Shown here piece after piece: positions 1 to 11,574 of a DNA stretch of 64,000 nucleotides. The stretch's first letter is position 1, and each line of letters begins with the position of its first letter. Below the pieces are notes generated by a model. That model was given only the letters and a program-made list of their open reading frames with translations. It made no database searches and was not told the origin of the DNA. The translations under genes and the position numbers were made by a program. Source of the DNA: Mobula hypostoma (lineage: Eukaryota); NCBI RefSeq assembly GCF_963921235.1, contig NC_086097.1, positions 44,518,001 to 44,582,000 on the forward strand, in the 5' to 3' direction.

Positions 1-505
1 CTGCCATGATGAGGCTAAACTCAGGTTGGAGGAGCAACACCTCATATACCGTCTAGGTAGTCTCCAGCCCCTTGGTATGGACATAGAATTCTCCAACTTC
101 CAGTAATTCCCTCCCCCTCCCTTCCCCTATCCCTATGTCACTCTGCCCCCTCCCCCAGCTGCCTATCACCTCCCTCCTGGTTCCGCCTCTTTCTACTACC
201 CATTGTGTTTTTCCCTATTCTTTCTTCACCTTTCCTGCTTATCACCTCCCTGCTTCCCCTCCCCCACCCCTTTATGTTTCCCCTTACTGGTTTTTCACCT
301 GGAACCTACCAGCCTTCTCCTTCCCACCCTCCCCCCACCTTCTTTATAGGGCCTCTGCCCCTTCCCTCTTCAGTCCTGACGAAGGGTTCTGGCCCGAAAC
401 GTCGACTGATCTTTTCCACTGATGCTGCCCGACCTGCTGAGTTCCTCCACCGTGTTGTGAATGTTGCTTTGACCCCAGCATCTGCAGATTATTTTGTGTT
501 TACAT
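1..505 (+). mobile_element. Penelope-like element (PLE) 3' end plus terminal repeat, cut by the window edge
   Basis: The first ~105 nt encode HDEAKLRLEEQHLIYRLGSLQPLGMDIEFSNF, the same GIY-YIG C-terminus as ORFs 28592-28918 and 20550-21155. It is followed by a pyrimidine-rich tract and the terminal repeat with a hammerhead motif. Confidence 0.85.
370..409 (+). ncRNA. Minimal type-I hammerhead ribozyme motif in PLE terminal repeat
   Basis: TCAGTC-CTGACGA-A-GGG TTCTGG CCC-GAAA-C-GTC-GACTGA. It has the CUGANGA and GAAA cores, a GUC cleavage triplet, a perfect 6-bp stem I, stem II, and a palindromic ACGU in place of stem III. Confidence 0.8.
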
Positions 506-1309
506 GAGTGAGTTGTTGTCTACGATAATAAGAAATGGAATTCTACCAAAGGCTCAGCAGCGAGAAAATGACCTACATAGGACCATTTTAAATGGCGAGT
601 CCTCAACTGGTCACTGCAATATAATAAGGGTCGCGTGAGAAGATTCAATTTTCAGACTTAGAACTACAATATCACATCATGCATGATCACTATGAATAGC
701 TTTTGTGCCTCACACTCTGAAGAGATTTGAATAAAAGCATGCACAGATTTAGAAGGAAGTACTGGCTACCATTTACCGGATAAAGAAGCTTTACAAATTT
801 CCACTTGGAAAACATTTTCATCCTATTTATGGTTCAAATTGAGCAATTCCAATCATTGCAACATTCAGCATGCAGAGATGCTGCTGTCCCACAGTGGCAT
901 CTGCCCTGATGTCAGCCTTTGTGCAAATACAAATTTCCAGCACTGGTATCAGATTAAGTCAGACGTAGCATGCTCCAGTGGCACTCTGAAGAATCCAAAG
1001 AGTCATGGCATATTTTGCAGCAAACAAGTGGGGAGAATTTTGGGATGTCTGGAGGTGAGTTGCTCTCTGATGCTTCATTTGCTGAGGCATTTCTAAATGG
1101 AACTGAACGTGGAGCAGTCATCTTCAACCATCCCTAGTTCCTACCACATGACAGAAGAAAGGTCGTTCATGAAGCAGTTGAAGTTGTGCTGGGGCCAGAG
1201 GTCTGATCTCTGACAACCACAAATAATTTCTCTTGTGCAATACTTCCCCCTTGATAGCCATTAACTTTACTTTTACCAGGGCTCCTCAATGCCCCTCTTG
1301 GTTATATGT

Positions 1310-1405
1310 TGCACAAAATGCTGGAGGAACTCAGCAGGCCAGGAAGCATCTAAGAAAGAGAGTAAACAGTTGACGTTTCAGGCCGAGACCCTTCATCAGG
1401 ATGTG
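1310..1405 (-). repeat. Short PLE terminal-repeat fragment with hammerhead core
   Basis: Reverse strand reads CTGATGA AGGGTCTCGGCCT GAAACGTC, followed by the family tail (ctgctgagttcctccagcattttgtg). The stem I 5' arm is lost. Confidence 0.75.
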
Positions 1406-1539
1406 TTTGTGGTTATATGTTGTCCTAAATAACACATAAGAATTGTACATAATCTTTGCACAGTGCTAATTAATTTTCTTTTAGAAAAATGATGACAACT
1501 CTAGACTTTATTGATGGCTGCTCAGTAGATTGATGATAG

Positions 1540-3497
1540 GTGAAATCATGTACAATGGAACATACAAGTGATGAGCATTGAAAGGGAGAATAAAACTAGA
1601 GGCTATGAGGATCCTTGCAGCTCCTGGCGACTTTGTGATCTCTGTCTCGAAGGCCAAGGTAAGGCTGCCTTTCAAGAGGGTAAAAGTTCGCAAGGCAACA
1701 GAATACCTGGTAGGACTCCGAAAACCTATGCCAACCAACCGGCGGGGTCTGTTCAAAGACATTTCAAACTGTCGTTGCTACAGCCGGAAGTTCCCACCTG
1801 CTTCAACAAAAAGAGCAGGGTGAGATGCCCTAATGACTATTGTCCGGTAGCACTCACATCTATGGTGATGAAGTGCTTTGAGGGATTGGTTATGGCTAGA
1901 ATCAACTCCTGTATCAGCTAGAACCCGCCACAATAGGTCTACAGCAGATGAGACGTTATTGGCTCTTCACGTGGCCTTTGATCACCTGGACAATACTAAT
2001 ACTTACGTCAGGATACTTTTTATTGACTACAGCTCAGCGTTGAACACAATCATTCCCACAATTCTGATCAAAAGTTCCAAAACTTGGGCCTTTGTATGTC
2101 CCTCTGCAACTGGATCCTCGAACTTCCTCACTAGAAGACCACAGTCCGTGCAGATCAGAAATAACGTCACCACCTCGCTGACAATCAACACTGGCACACC
2201 TAAGGATGTGTGCTTAGCCCACTGCTCTACTCTCTCTACACCCATGACTGTATGGCTAGGTACAGCTCAAATGTCATCTATAAATTTGCTAACAATACGA
2301 CTATTTTTGGCAAAAATTCAGATGAAGATGAGAGGGCGTACAGGAGGAAGAAATACCAGTTAGTTGAATGGTGTCACAGCAATATCCTTGCACTGAATGT
2401 CAGTAAGAGAAAAGAACTCTGATTGTGGACTTCAGGAAGGGTAAGACAGGGGAACACATACCAATCCTCAGAGAGATCAGAAGTGGAAAGGGTGAGCAAT
2501 TTCAAGTTCCCAGATGTCAACATCTCTGAGGATCTATCCTGGGCCCAACATATCAATACAGTTACAAAGAGGGCATGACAAAGGCTGTATTTCATTAGGA
2601 GTTTGAGGAGATTTAGTATGTCACCAAAGACACTTACAAGTTTCTACAGATGTACTCTGGAGAGCACTCTAACTGGCCGCATCACCGTCTGGGATAGGGG
2701 AGGGCTACTGCACAGGATTGAAAGAAGTTGCAGAAAGTTAGACAGATAGGGTAAATGCAGGGAGGCTTTTCTCACTGAGGTTGGGTGGGACTATAACTAG
2801 AGGTCATAGGTCAAGGATGAAAGGTGAGAAGTTTAAGGAGACCATTAGGGGAAACTTCTTCACTCACAGTGTTGTGAGAGTGTGGAAGGAGCTGCCAGCA
2901 CAAGTGGAGTGTGCAAGCTCAATTTCAACGTTTAAGAGAAGTTTGGATAGGTACGTGGATGGTAGGGATATGGAGGGCTATGGTCCCAACGCAAAGTCAA
3001 TGGGAGTAGGCAGTTCAAATGGTTTTGGCATGGACTAGATGGGCTGAAAGGCCTGTTTCTAAACTGTACTTCTCTGTGACTCTAAAGTTGTGAAGTCAGT
3101 CAGCTCCGTCATGGGCACTAGCCTCCACAGCATCCAGGACATCTTCAAGGAGTGATGCCTTAGAGAGGCAGCATCCATCATTAAGGACCACCATCACCCA
3201 GGACATGTCCTCTTCTCAATGCAACCAGCAGAGAGGAGGTACAGGAGCCTGAAGGCGCACACTCAATGACTCAAGAATAGTTTCTTGCCCTCTGCCATCC
3301 GATTTCTGAATGGACATTGAACCCATGAACACTACCCCACTAACTTCCTTTTTGCACAACTTGTTAAATTTAATCTATATATTCACCAAAATTCACTGTT
3401 TTTATTGTTATGTATTGCCATGTACTGCTGCTGCATAATAACAAATTTCACAACATACGCCAATGATATTAAACCCAATTCTGAATCTAATTCTGAT
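1540..3497 (+). mobile_element. Rex1/Babar-type LINE, 5'-truncated and decayed RT
   Basis: ORF fragments carry [35 protein letters not shown] and LSPLLYSLYTHDC..KFANNTT. There is a 3' (TTCTGA)n-like tail at ~3478-3497. A CR1 fragment interrupts it. Confidence 0.8.
2740..3084 (+). mobile_element. CR1 LINE 3' fragment nested in the Rex1-like element
   Basis: CR1 C-terminal peptide TRGHR..RGNFFTHSVVRVWKELP..FKRSLDRY. AAAGTT is present on both sides, and the host element resumes afterwards. Confidence 0.8.
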
Positions 3498-5189
3498 CTC
3501 TACAATGCATGGCATAAGCAATGTGACAATGCGCCACTGAACACATTGTAGTGTTTGAATGCTACATTAGATGAGATGGTTTGAAGTGCTCACCAATTCC
3601 TTTATACTATCCTACCTCCATGCAGTCCGACAGTCATAATGTCTTGAAGTATCAAGGAAGCATCATTTCCAAAGTTGTCCCATTTTGCTAATAAATCAGT
3701 TTTTTTTAAAAATTGTACATCTCATTTTCCAATAGATTTCATTCAAGCAAAACTACCCATGTCTGATTATGGACTAGCTTGAAAAGAGTGAAGGTCACGG
3801 CTGAAACAAATGCTGGAGAGAATTATGTACAGTATATCTGTATTGCAGGCATAGTTGTCAGGTCTTCTTAATGGCAACCTTTTGCACTCCTGTTCTGCAG
3901 CTCTGGCTACCTACCAAACGTTACTATGGTTAGAACTTCCCAGCATTACACAGACCACACCTCAAAATACCCAACTGTTCTATATCCCTTCTTTATTGTA
4001 ACCCTGTCCCTTCTTCATTCTTAGGAACATAACTTTGCTTAAATGTATTTAAGTAGAATGTTTCAATCACCTCTTCAGGTCTGGCATTCTGTGTCCAGAG
4101 AATGCTAGAGCCAAAATCTTAGCTTAACTAACCAAACAAAAGTTCAAGTCACCTTGCAAACATCTATAACTCAACTCCGTGATTTCTGTGTCTTACTTTG
4201 CCAGCTTCAGATTGTAACTGAAATTCGCTTAAATGGTAAAAGCTGAGGTACCTATTCCAAGACTTTAGATCCTCTGAAGATATCCACTACTGTCTATAAT
4301 GAAAAAGAGAAAAGGCAGGCAGCGTCTGTGGAAAGTGAAAACAGTCCATGTGCCAGGTCTGATAAAATTCTGATGAACTGATGCCTCTCTTTACACAGGT
4401 GTCCCCCCGGGCAGCTGAGATCTTGCAGCATTTCCTGTTTTTATTTCAGATTTCCAACATCTGAAACTCCCCCCCCCCCAATTTTCACTATGATATTTCA
4501 TTTGTGGTCTAACCAGTATTGCTAGCAGAATCTCCTTGATTTTCAATTCTATTCATGTTCATAAATCCATGTAATTTGCACAAAATGCTGGAAGAGTTCA
4601 GCAAACCACGCAGCACCTATGAACATTTTGGTCAAGACACCGTTCTTTGGGACTTTGGATTTCCAGCATCTGCAGATTTTCTCGTGTGCAACCCTTCATA
4701 CCTTCAATGATTCGTGTGTTATATTTTCAATCATACTATCCTTGAAGGAGTGGACTGACGGAAAGGTTAGTTTCTACCAGGTAAGAGTCGATATTAATTA
4801 AACTAACATCGGAATGTTACATACACAGCACATGATCTGATTTTTTTAAACTACGAAATCTCAAAAATCAACAAATGAACATCTCCATTTTTGTTCAAGT
4901 CAAAATTTTGAAAATGGTATATCAGCGTAAAAAAAACGATTTCCTGCATCGAATCAACTGGTCCCGAATTTAGAAACTGAACCAGAGATTAGAGGTTTTC
5001 TACCTGCAACCCACCCAGCTAAAGTCAATGAGATGTATTTTACATGAACTGTCAACTCCTGAACACTTTGTTTTTAGCACATAAGCACTGTAGGACGATC
5101 CTTTGAGAAGGGTGGGCTGATCAACTTCAGTTGTGTAACAAAAGCTGAGATAATGTCAGTGATGGTTCAATTCTGAACCCACTTCTGCA

Positions 5190-5345
5190 ACGCAAAGCTG
5201 ACACGCATGGTCATGGTAAACAACACAAGGACAGTCGAATAGCGACGGAAATGACTGAACAATGGCGAACTGCAGTAATGGCGGAAGTAGCCGAGTGGAA
5301 CGTCATGTGTCTTTCCAGGAAGGCGAGGTGTAGTTACTAGTTAGT
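5190..5345. promoter_or_regulatory. Candidate CpG-enriched promoter / TSS region
   Basis: Non-repeat sequence with a local CpG excess, AATGGCG (YY1-like) at 5261 and 5277, and ETS-like CGGAAAT (5246) and GCGGAAGT (5281). Motif-level evidence only. Confidence 0.35.
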
Positions 5346-5609
5346 TTCGGTGTAAACTTTTTTTTAAAAAAAGCTAGCAAATACAGATTCTGGACTAAGC
5401 TTTATTGAGATTGAAGCCGAGCAAGGAATGGGGAGGTTTTTTTTTAATTGTTGGAGGACGAGAAGCGACCGGGCACCCGAAGGAAATGTGCTTCCTTAAT
5501 TTACAACACTTTTGAACACCCGAACCCCACCCCCCAAAACAAAACATCCTGAGCATTGTCTGTATAGGTCCACGATGGAGCAGAAACTCATCATTGGTTT
5601 TCTGAGCAA

Positions 5610-6015
5610 CAAACGAAAGTGCTGGAGGAACAGATCTGATGAAGGGTCTCGGCCCGAAACTGACAGTTTATTCCCCTCCATAAAAGTTACTTGACTTGCT
5701 GAGTTCCTCCAGTATTTTGTGTGTTACTCCAAGATTTCCAGCATATGCAGAATCTCTTGTGTTTCTGATTGTTTTACTGTGAATACTTTTCAGGGAAACA
5801 GTTCCTTTTTTACAATTTGGAAGCCACGAACAATCTGCTGGAAGAAGCCAGCAGATCACGCAGCATTTGTGGGAGGAAAGGATTTGTGAACATTGAGTCG
5901 AAACCTTTCATCAGAACTTAGACCGAAAAACAATGATAATTTCTTTACCACAGATACTGCTTGACCAGATGAGTTCTTCCAGCAGATTGTTGTTCCAGAA
6001 TTCAGCGTCTGCAGA
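5610..6015. repeat. Two decayed PLE terminal-repeat-derived short elements
   Basis: Contain gctggaggaac / ctgatgaagggtctcggcccgaaac / gctgagttcctccag..ccagcatatgcaga motifs in partly inverted arrangement. Confidence 0.65.
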
Positions 6016-6189
6016 CTATTTAGAAGCCACTGACTTGGTGTAAATGCTGTTCCAGCAGTGGACCAGTATTAGCTTTGCATATACCGTGCCCTTACCCCAT
6101 AACGTTGATGAGTTCAGATTTCCCAACTGGTTGCTTCCCGCGTAGTACTCTATGACTCCTTGCTCCGATTGACTACAGTTGCAATCCGA

Positions 6190-7040
6190 TCTCCAGTATG
6201 GCTGCCCTGTACTTTTTCTTAGCAGTGTTGATGGCAGATACCCTCTTTGTTTTCACATTCTTAATACAAAACCTTTTTGTGAAGAACCCATCTAGATCAT
6301 CTCAGGAATTATTCTTCGACCTCCCAATGTACAGCACCTCACATTTGCCTGGATTAAATCCTTTCTGCCATTTCTCAGCCCATAACTGCAATTGATGTAT
6401 CCTGCAGTATCCTTTCACAAACCTCTTCATTATCCACAACTCCAAGTTTTGCATCATCTGCAACTTATTAATCAGCTCATCAATACATATATAACAGCAG
6501 TCCCAGCACTGATCCATGCAGAACAGCACTGGTCACAGAACGCCAATCAGAATAACACCCCTCCACCTTTACCCTGTCTTCAATGACCAGATCTATTTTG
6601 AATCTAGTTTGTCACCAGTAATTCCTTCCCTCTCAATCTTCTGGATCAGCCTACCAGGAGAGATCTTGTCAAATACCTCACAAAAAAGTCAACGTTAGAC
6701 AGCTTCCACTCTGCTATACCTGATCATCTTCATCACCTCCTTAAAAAAAAATCAAGTTTATAAGATATGAGCTTTCCCATAAAAAAACCATGCTGACAAT
6801 TCTCAATTAAGCCATATCTGTCCAAATGTGAGTAAATTTTATTCCTAAGAAGCTTCTTCAATAGTTTCCTACCACTGATGCGAGGCTCACCAGCCTATAA
6901 TTCCCCAGATTATTATGTTACCTCTATTGCCCTTCTTCAGTAAAGGATCAACATTAGCTACTCTCCAGTTCTCTGGACTTTGTAGCGTAGAGAATAAAAT
7001 TATCTTTGTCAAGGCCTCAGCAAAGTCCTCTCTAGCCTAT
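6190..7040 (-). mobile_element. Old CR1 LINE RT fragments
   Basis: Reverse peptides such as WAEKWQKGFNPGKCEVL, plus remnants of NYRLVSL and QHGF. Confidence 0.7.
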
Positions 7041-7429
7041 CATCATGGTTTTCTTTGGCTTGCCTCTCAAATCATACAAAGCCGTAGAACCCAATCAAAG
7101 AAAAACATCAACCCTCCCCCCACCAACACAAAAAAATCGCACAAATGGCAACAAAAAAGCAGAAAACACTAATATAAAACACAAACTCAGAAGAGTCTAG
7201 GCATATTCAGTTAGCTCAGTTCGTTGTCTGCAGGCTGACCCGATCAAAATTGGCCAAAACAACAATAAAAAAAGGAAGGGCCAGTTACCTGAAACCCTCG
7301 TAACATGGACTACAGAGTCCAATGCATAGACCATGTCGATTAAACCTTGGTCAAGGCCCAGAAATCTGGCACCATCCTTTAACAGCATCGAGGGAGAGAG
7401 ACCATTCAAATGCAGGGACCTTCCTTCTG

Positions 7430-7716
7430 GAGGAGAGAGACAGAGAGAGAGAGACCACCTCGCACAGACACCTTCTCCCAGCAGGGAGGGGGAGGGGGTG
7501 GGGCGGGGAGATAGAGACAGACACATTCCCCCAGCAGTGAGAGGGAGATGGAGAGAGAGACCACCTCGCACAGACATGTTCCCCCAGCAGGGAGGGGGAG
7601 ACAGAGACAGACACCTTCCCCCAGCAGGGAGGGGGAGAGGGAAACCGACCACCTCGCACAGACACCTGGGAGGGGAGAGGCAGAGGCCACCTCACACAGA
7701 CACATTCCCCAGCAGC
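7430..7716. repeat. Purine-rich imperfect tandem repeat (minisatellite)
   Basis: ACCACCTC(G/A)CACAGACA recurs at ~7453, 7560, 7648 and 7688, alternating with GAGACAGACAC.TTCCCCCAGCAG units and G-rich spacers. Confidence 0.75.
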
Positions 7717-7726
7717 AGCAATCAAG

Positions 7727-8335
7727 AGGCTGGTACATGGGACCAAACACCCGTTCGCCTTCTGCTATTCATTAAGATCATGGCTGATCTGGCCGTGGAC
7801 TCACCTTCAACTACATGCAATTTCCCCATAAATCCTTAGCTCCCCTGAGCAGAAGATTCACTACTCTCTGGGAAAAGCTGTTTTTCTCATCCATATTCCC
7901 TCTCATTCTTCGGAATTCCAATGGGAATAGTCCCAGGTGACTCAATCTCTCCTCATAGGTTACCTCCTCATCTCCAGAATCAACCTGGTAAATCTCCCCT
8001 GCACCACTTTCACGTACAGTATATCTCTCCCCTCAAATAAGAAGATTATTTGCACACAGTACTGCACACAGTACCTTTACATTTACAGCATTACCTCCCT
8101 ACTCTTAAATTCAATCTCTCTAGCAATAAAGGCCAATGTTTCATTTGCCTTCTTGCTAACCTGTTACATCTGCAAACCAACATTTTTTGATTCATGCACA
8201 AACATCCCAAGTCCCTCTGCACAACAGCATTCTGCAATCTTTCTCCATTTAAATAATACTCTGATCTTCTATTTTTCTTTCCAAAGCAAATAACCTAACA
8301 TTTACTAATGTTGTACTCCATCCGCCAGACTCTTG
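7727..8335 (-). mobile_element. Decayed CR1 3' fragment
   Basis: Carries the CR1 3'UTR motif gatcatggctgatc and RT C-terminal remnants on the reverse strand. Confidence 0.65.
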
Positions 8336-8873
8336 ATGTCGGTGAAGACCAGTGCAAAAATCTCATCACTGTGTCTTGTAAGGTTTCATGGTAAGCTAGA
8401 TGATATTGCCAATAGTAACCTTTTAAGGTGTTGCAACTGCCCTGTGGATTCTTTGCCCTGCCCTGTAGTGTTCATTGGTCTTATGGGAAAATTGACATCC
8501 CTTATCAATGTCAAACAGAACAGGCGCCTTTAGACTCAGACTTTGGGAATTCCTGACACAGGCCTGCTGATAACCCTAGATGCTGTTAGATTTGAGGTCA
8601 ACCGTCGATCCAGAATGTTGTTTATTTTCACTTGGACAAGTTTGCAGAATTGCTTCTTCAATATGGTTGAGGTTCTGAGTTTGCTTCAGTCAGTCTGTCA
8701 ATCAGTAGCTTTGGAATTGGCTATGATTTTTGTAGGTTATGGGGGATATACTGATGATTGTATAAACATAAAATAATGAGAAATGTAAATAACTCATTGC
8801 AAGATTCTTAAAAATCCAGGTGAACATTGAGCTGTCTAGTTATTTACTTATAATTGTTCAATTGTGACAGGTT

Positions 8874-9674
8874 AAACATAGAAACATAGAAACATAGAAA
8901 ATAGGTGCAGGAGTAGGCCATTCGGCCCTTCGAGCCTGCACCGCCATTTATTATGATCATGGCTGATCATCCAACTCAGAACCCAGCCTTCCCTCCATAC
9001 CCCGTGACCCCTGTAGCCACAAGGGCCATATCTAACTTCCTTTTAAACATAGCTAATGAACTGGCCTCAACAGTTTGCTGTGGCAGAGAATTCCACAGAT
9101 TCACCACTCTCTGTGTGAAGAAGTTTTTCCTAACCTCGGTCCTAAAAGGCTTCCCCTCTATCCTCAAACTGTGACCCCTCGTTCTAGACCTCCCCAACAT
9201 TGGGAACAATCTTCCCGCATCTAGCCTGTCCAATCCCTTTAGGATCTTATACGTTTCAATCAGATCCCCCCTCAATCTTCTAAATTCCAACGAGTACAAG
9301 CCCAGTTCATCCAGTCTTTCTTCATATGAAAGACCTGCCATCCCAGGAATCAATCTGGTGAACCTTCTTTGTACTCCCTCTATGGCAAGGATGTCTTTCC
9401 TCAGATTAGGGGACCAAAACTGCACACAATACTCCAGGTGTGGTCTCACCAAGGCCTTGTACAACTGCAGTAGTACCTCCCTGCTCCTGTACTCGAATCC
9501 TCTCGCTATAAATGCCAGCATACCGTTCGCCTTTTTCACCGCCTGCTGTACCTGCATGCCCACTTTCAATGACTGGTGTATAATGACACCCAGGTCTCGT
9601 TGCACCTCCCCTTTTCCTAATCGGCCACCATTCAGATAATAATCTGTTTTCCTATTTTTGCCACCAAAGTGGAT
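8874..9674 (-). mobile_element. Young 5'-truncated CR1 LINE
   Basis: Uninterrupted 209-aa frame (LVRPHLEYCVQFWSP, RLRGDLIETYKI, FFTQRVVNLWNSLP) and a (TTTCTATG)n tail at 8874-8900. It differs at only 4 aa from the copy at 17632-19237. Confidence 0.95.
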
Positions 9675-10183
9675 TAATTTTATGTTTTGAACAACATAAT
9701 AAGCAGAACTTTTTAATTAGGTCTGGTATAAGCTTTTTGTGAAAATTTTTGCTGCAAGTAGCTTCGTTAGTTGCTCATTCCTCCGGTACATCCCTGCTCT
9801 TGGTTCACCCTTTCAGGTCCATTTGAACTGCACCCAACCGCATCTGCTCCCAGTTTGCCAGATCCACTCTGGATAATCCTCCTGTCCCTGTGCTTTTCCC
9901 TGTCTACAAGATGTTCAGAACCAACACCTTTTCCCTAGGGTGACGATGGCTAATAAAACAATGTGACTGGAGGAAAATATAGGGGAGTGTCAGAGGTAGT
10001 TTGTATTTTTTCTGTGTATTTTTTTTAAAAAACACAATGGTAGTAATAAAAGCAGATACATCAAGTACACTTCAGTGACTCTTAGCCACCCACGTGAAAG
10101 AAAAATGGAGGGTTAGATTGATCTTGGAGAAGGTTAAGGAGTTGGCACAACATTGCGGCTGAACAGCCTGTACAGTGCCATAC

Positions 10184-10424
10184 CGGGCGGGGGGGGGGGG
10201 GCGGAACGTCGACTCAGACCATGAGTGGCCTGTGTCAGGCATTTCATGCCTTACAAGGCGCAGATTGGAAGTCTGTGTGGAGCGCCACTCCTCACACAGA
10301 CGAGAGCAATGTGTGGTTAAGTGTCTTGCTCAAGGGCACAAACACGCTGCCACAGCTGAGGCTCAAACTAGCGACCTTGCGGTAACTAGATGAACGCCTT
10401 AACCACTTGGCCACGTGTCCAACA
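10184..10424 (-). mobile_element. tRNA-derived CORE-type SINE with 14-bp TSD
   Basis: Reverse strand has an A box (TGGCCAAGTGG), a B-box-like GTTTGAGCC, and CORE-like TGTGCCCTTGAGCAAGACACTTAACC. TSD GTACAGTGCCATAC lies at 10170-10183 and 10425-10438. Confidence 0.8.
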
Positions 10425-10500
10425 GTACAGTGCCATACTAGTCTATGTACATTTCTAATAGTTAGAAGACATTAGGGCAGCTACATGTATGGGAAAGGTT

Positions 10501-10975
10501 TAATAATAATAAATACTTTATTGATCCAGAGTGGGAAATTCTTTTGTTACAGCAGCAACATTTAAAATCACACTTAGCAGTGCACAGACTTAACTAATAA
10601 TAAAGTACAGAATAATAATATACACAATAATAATGTACCAATGTGCAATCATTTATGAAATAATAAGAGACTATTGTACTCTGTCGTGTGTTCTCCTGCC
10701 ACACAGATGACCTGTTGTATATGCTTATTGTATTTGGTAGGAAAGATTTTCTGTAACGATCCTTGTGACAGTGGAGCAGAATGAGCCTGTTTGAAAGGAT
10801 GCTCTGCTGCTTATTCAGTAGGTCACGGAGAGGATGTGCCAGATTGTCTGTAATGAATAGCAGTTTGTTTAGTGACCTCCTCTCCACCACTAACTCAAGA
10901 GTTCCGGAGGTAGCCAAGGACAGATCCAGCCTTTTTAATGAGTTTATTTGGTCATTTTGCATCTCCAGCACCAAT
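10501..10975 (-). mobile_element. LINE 3' end (Rex1/Babar-like), (TAT)n tail
   Basis: Reverse peptide LELVVERRSLNKL..HPLRDLL..DRYRKSFLPNTI, followed by a 3'UTR ending GGATCAATAAAGTATTTATTATTATTA. Confidence 0.7.
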
Positions 10976-11179
10976 TCTGCTCCCCCAACATAAAGCCGCA
11001 AAGAAGGCATTTAGAGGGATGTGTGTTAAATGCTGGTAAGTTGGATTACGCAAGGTAGGCAACATAGTTGGCAGAGAGGTGTTGATCCAAAAGGGCCTTT
11101 TTCTATGCTGTATACAGTAACTGTAATTTTTATCCCATAATGTACTGGTTGGGCACAGGAGTACATTCAGCCAGAGACT

Positions 11180-11422
11180 CATTCCACCGAGCGTCATAGG
11201 AAATCATTCCTGCCCGTGGCCATCAAACTTTACAACTCCTCCCTTGCAGGTCAGATACCCTGAGCCAATAGGCTGGTCCTGGACTTATTTCCTGGCATTT
11301 ACATATTACTATTTAATTATTTATGGTTTTATATTGCTTTATTTCTACTCTATTCTTGGTTGGTGCAACTGTAACGAAAACCAGTTTCCCTCGGGATCAA
11401 TAAAGTATGACTATGACTATGA
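11180..11422 (+). mobile_element. LINE 3' end fragment (Rex1/Babar-like), (GACTAT)n tail
   Basis: Peptide remnant TERHRKSFLPVAIKLYN, then GGGATCAATAAAGTATGACTATGACTATGA. Confidence 0.7.
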
Positions 11423-11574
11423 GAATTAAATCTTGACCAAGGCACCAGAAGAACTACCCTGTTATCCTTCAGATGAAGCTACAGGGTCTTTTACATTAAT
11501 GTAGGAAATCAGTTTAATGACATATCTGAAAGATAGCAAACAGTGAAAATTTCAGACGGTCTTATAGATTCCTA

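Noticed and set aside
4749..4781. 33-nt plus-strand micro-exon (EWTDGKVSFYQ|GTAAGA)
   Set aside because: The donor is good, but the acceptor is weak (AAG, poor pyrimidine tract) and it lies upstream of the candidate promoter.
7197..7839. Overlapping 114-168-aa ORFs
   Set aside because: They arise from a low-complexity stop-poor minisatellite.
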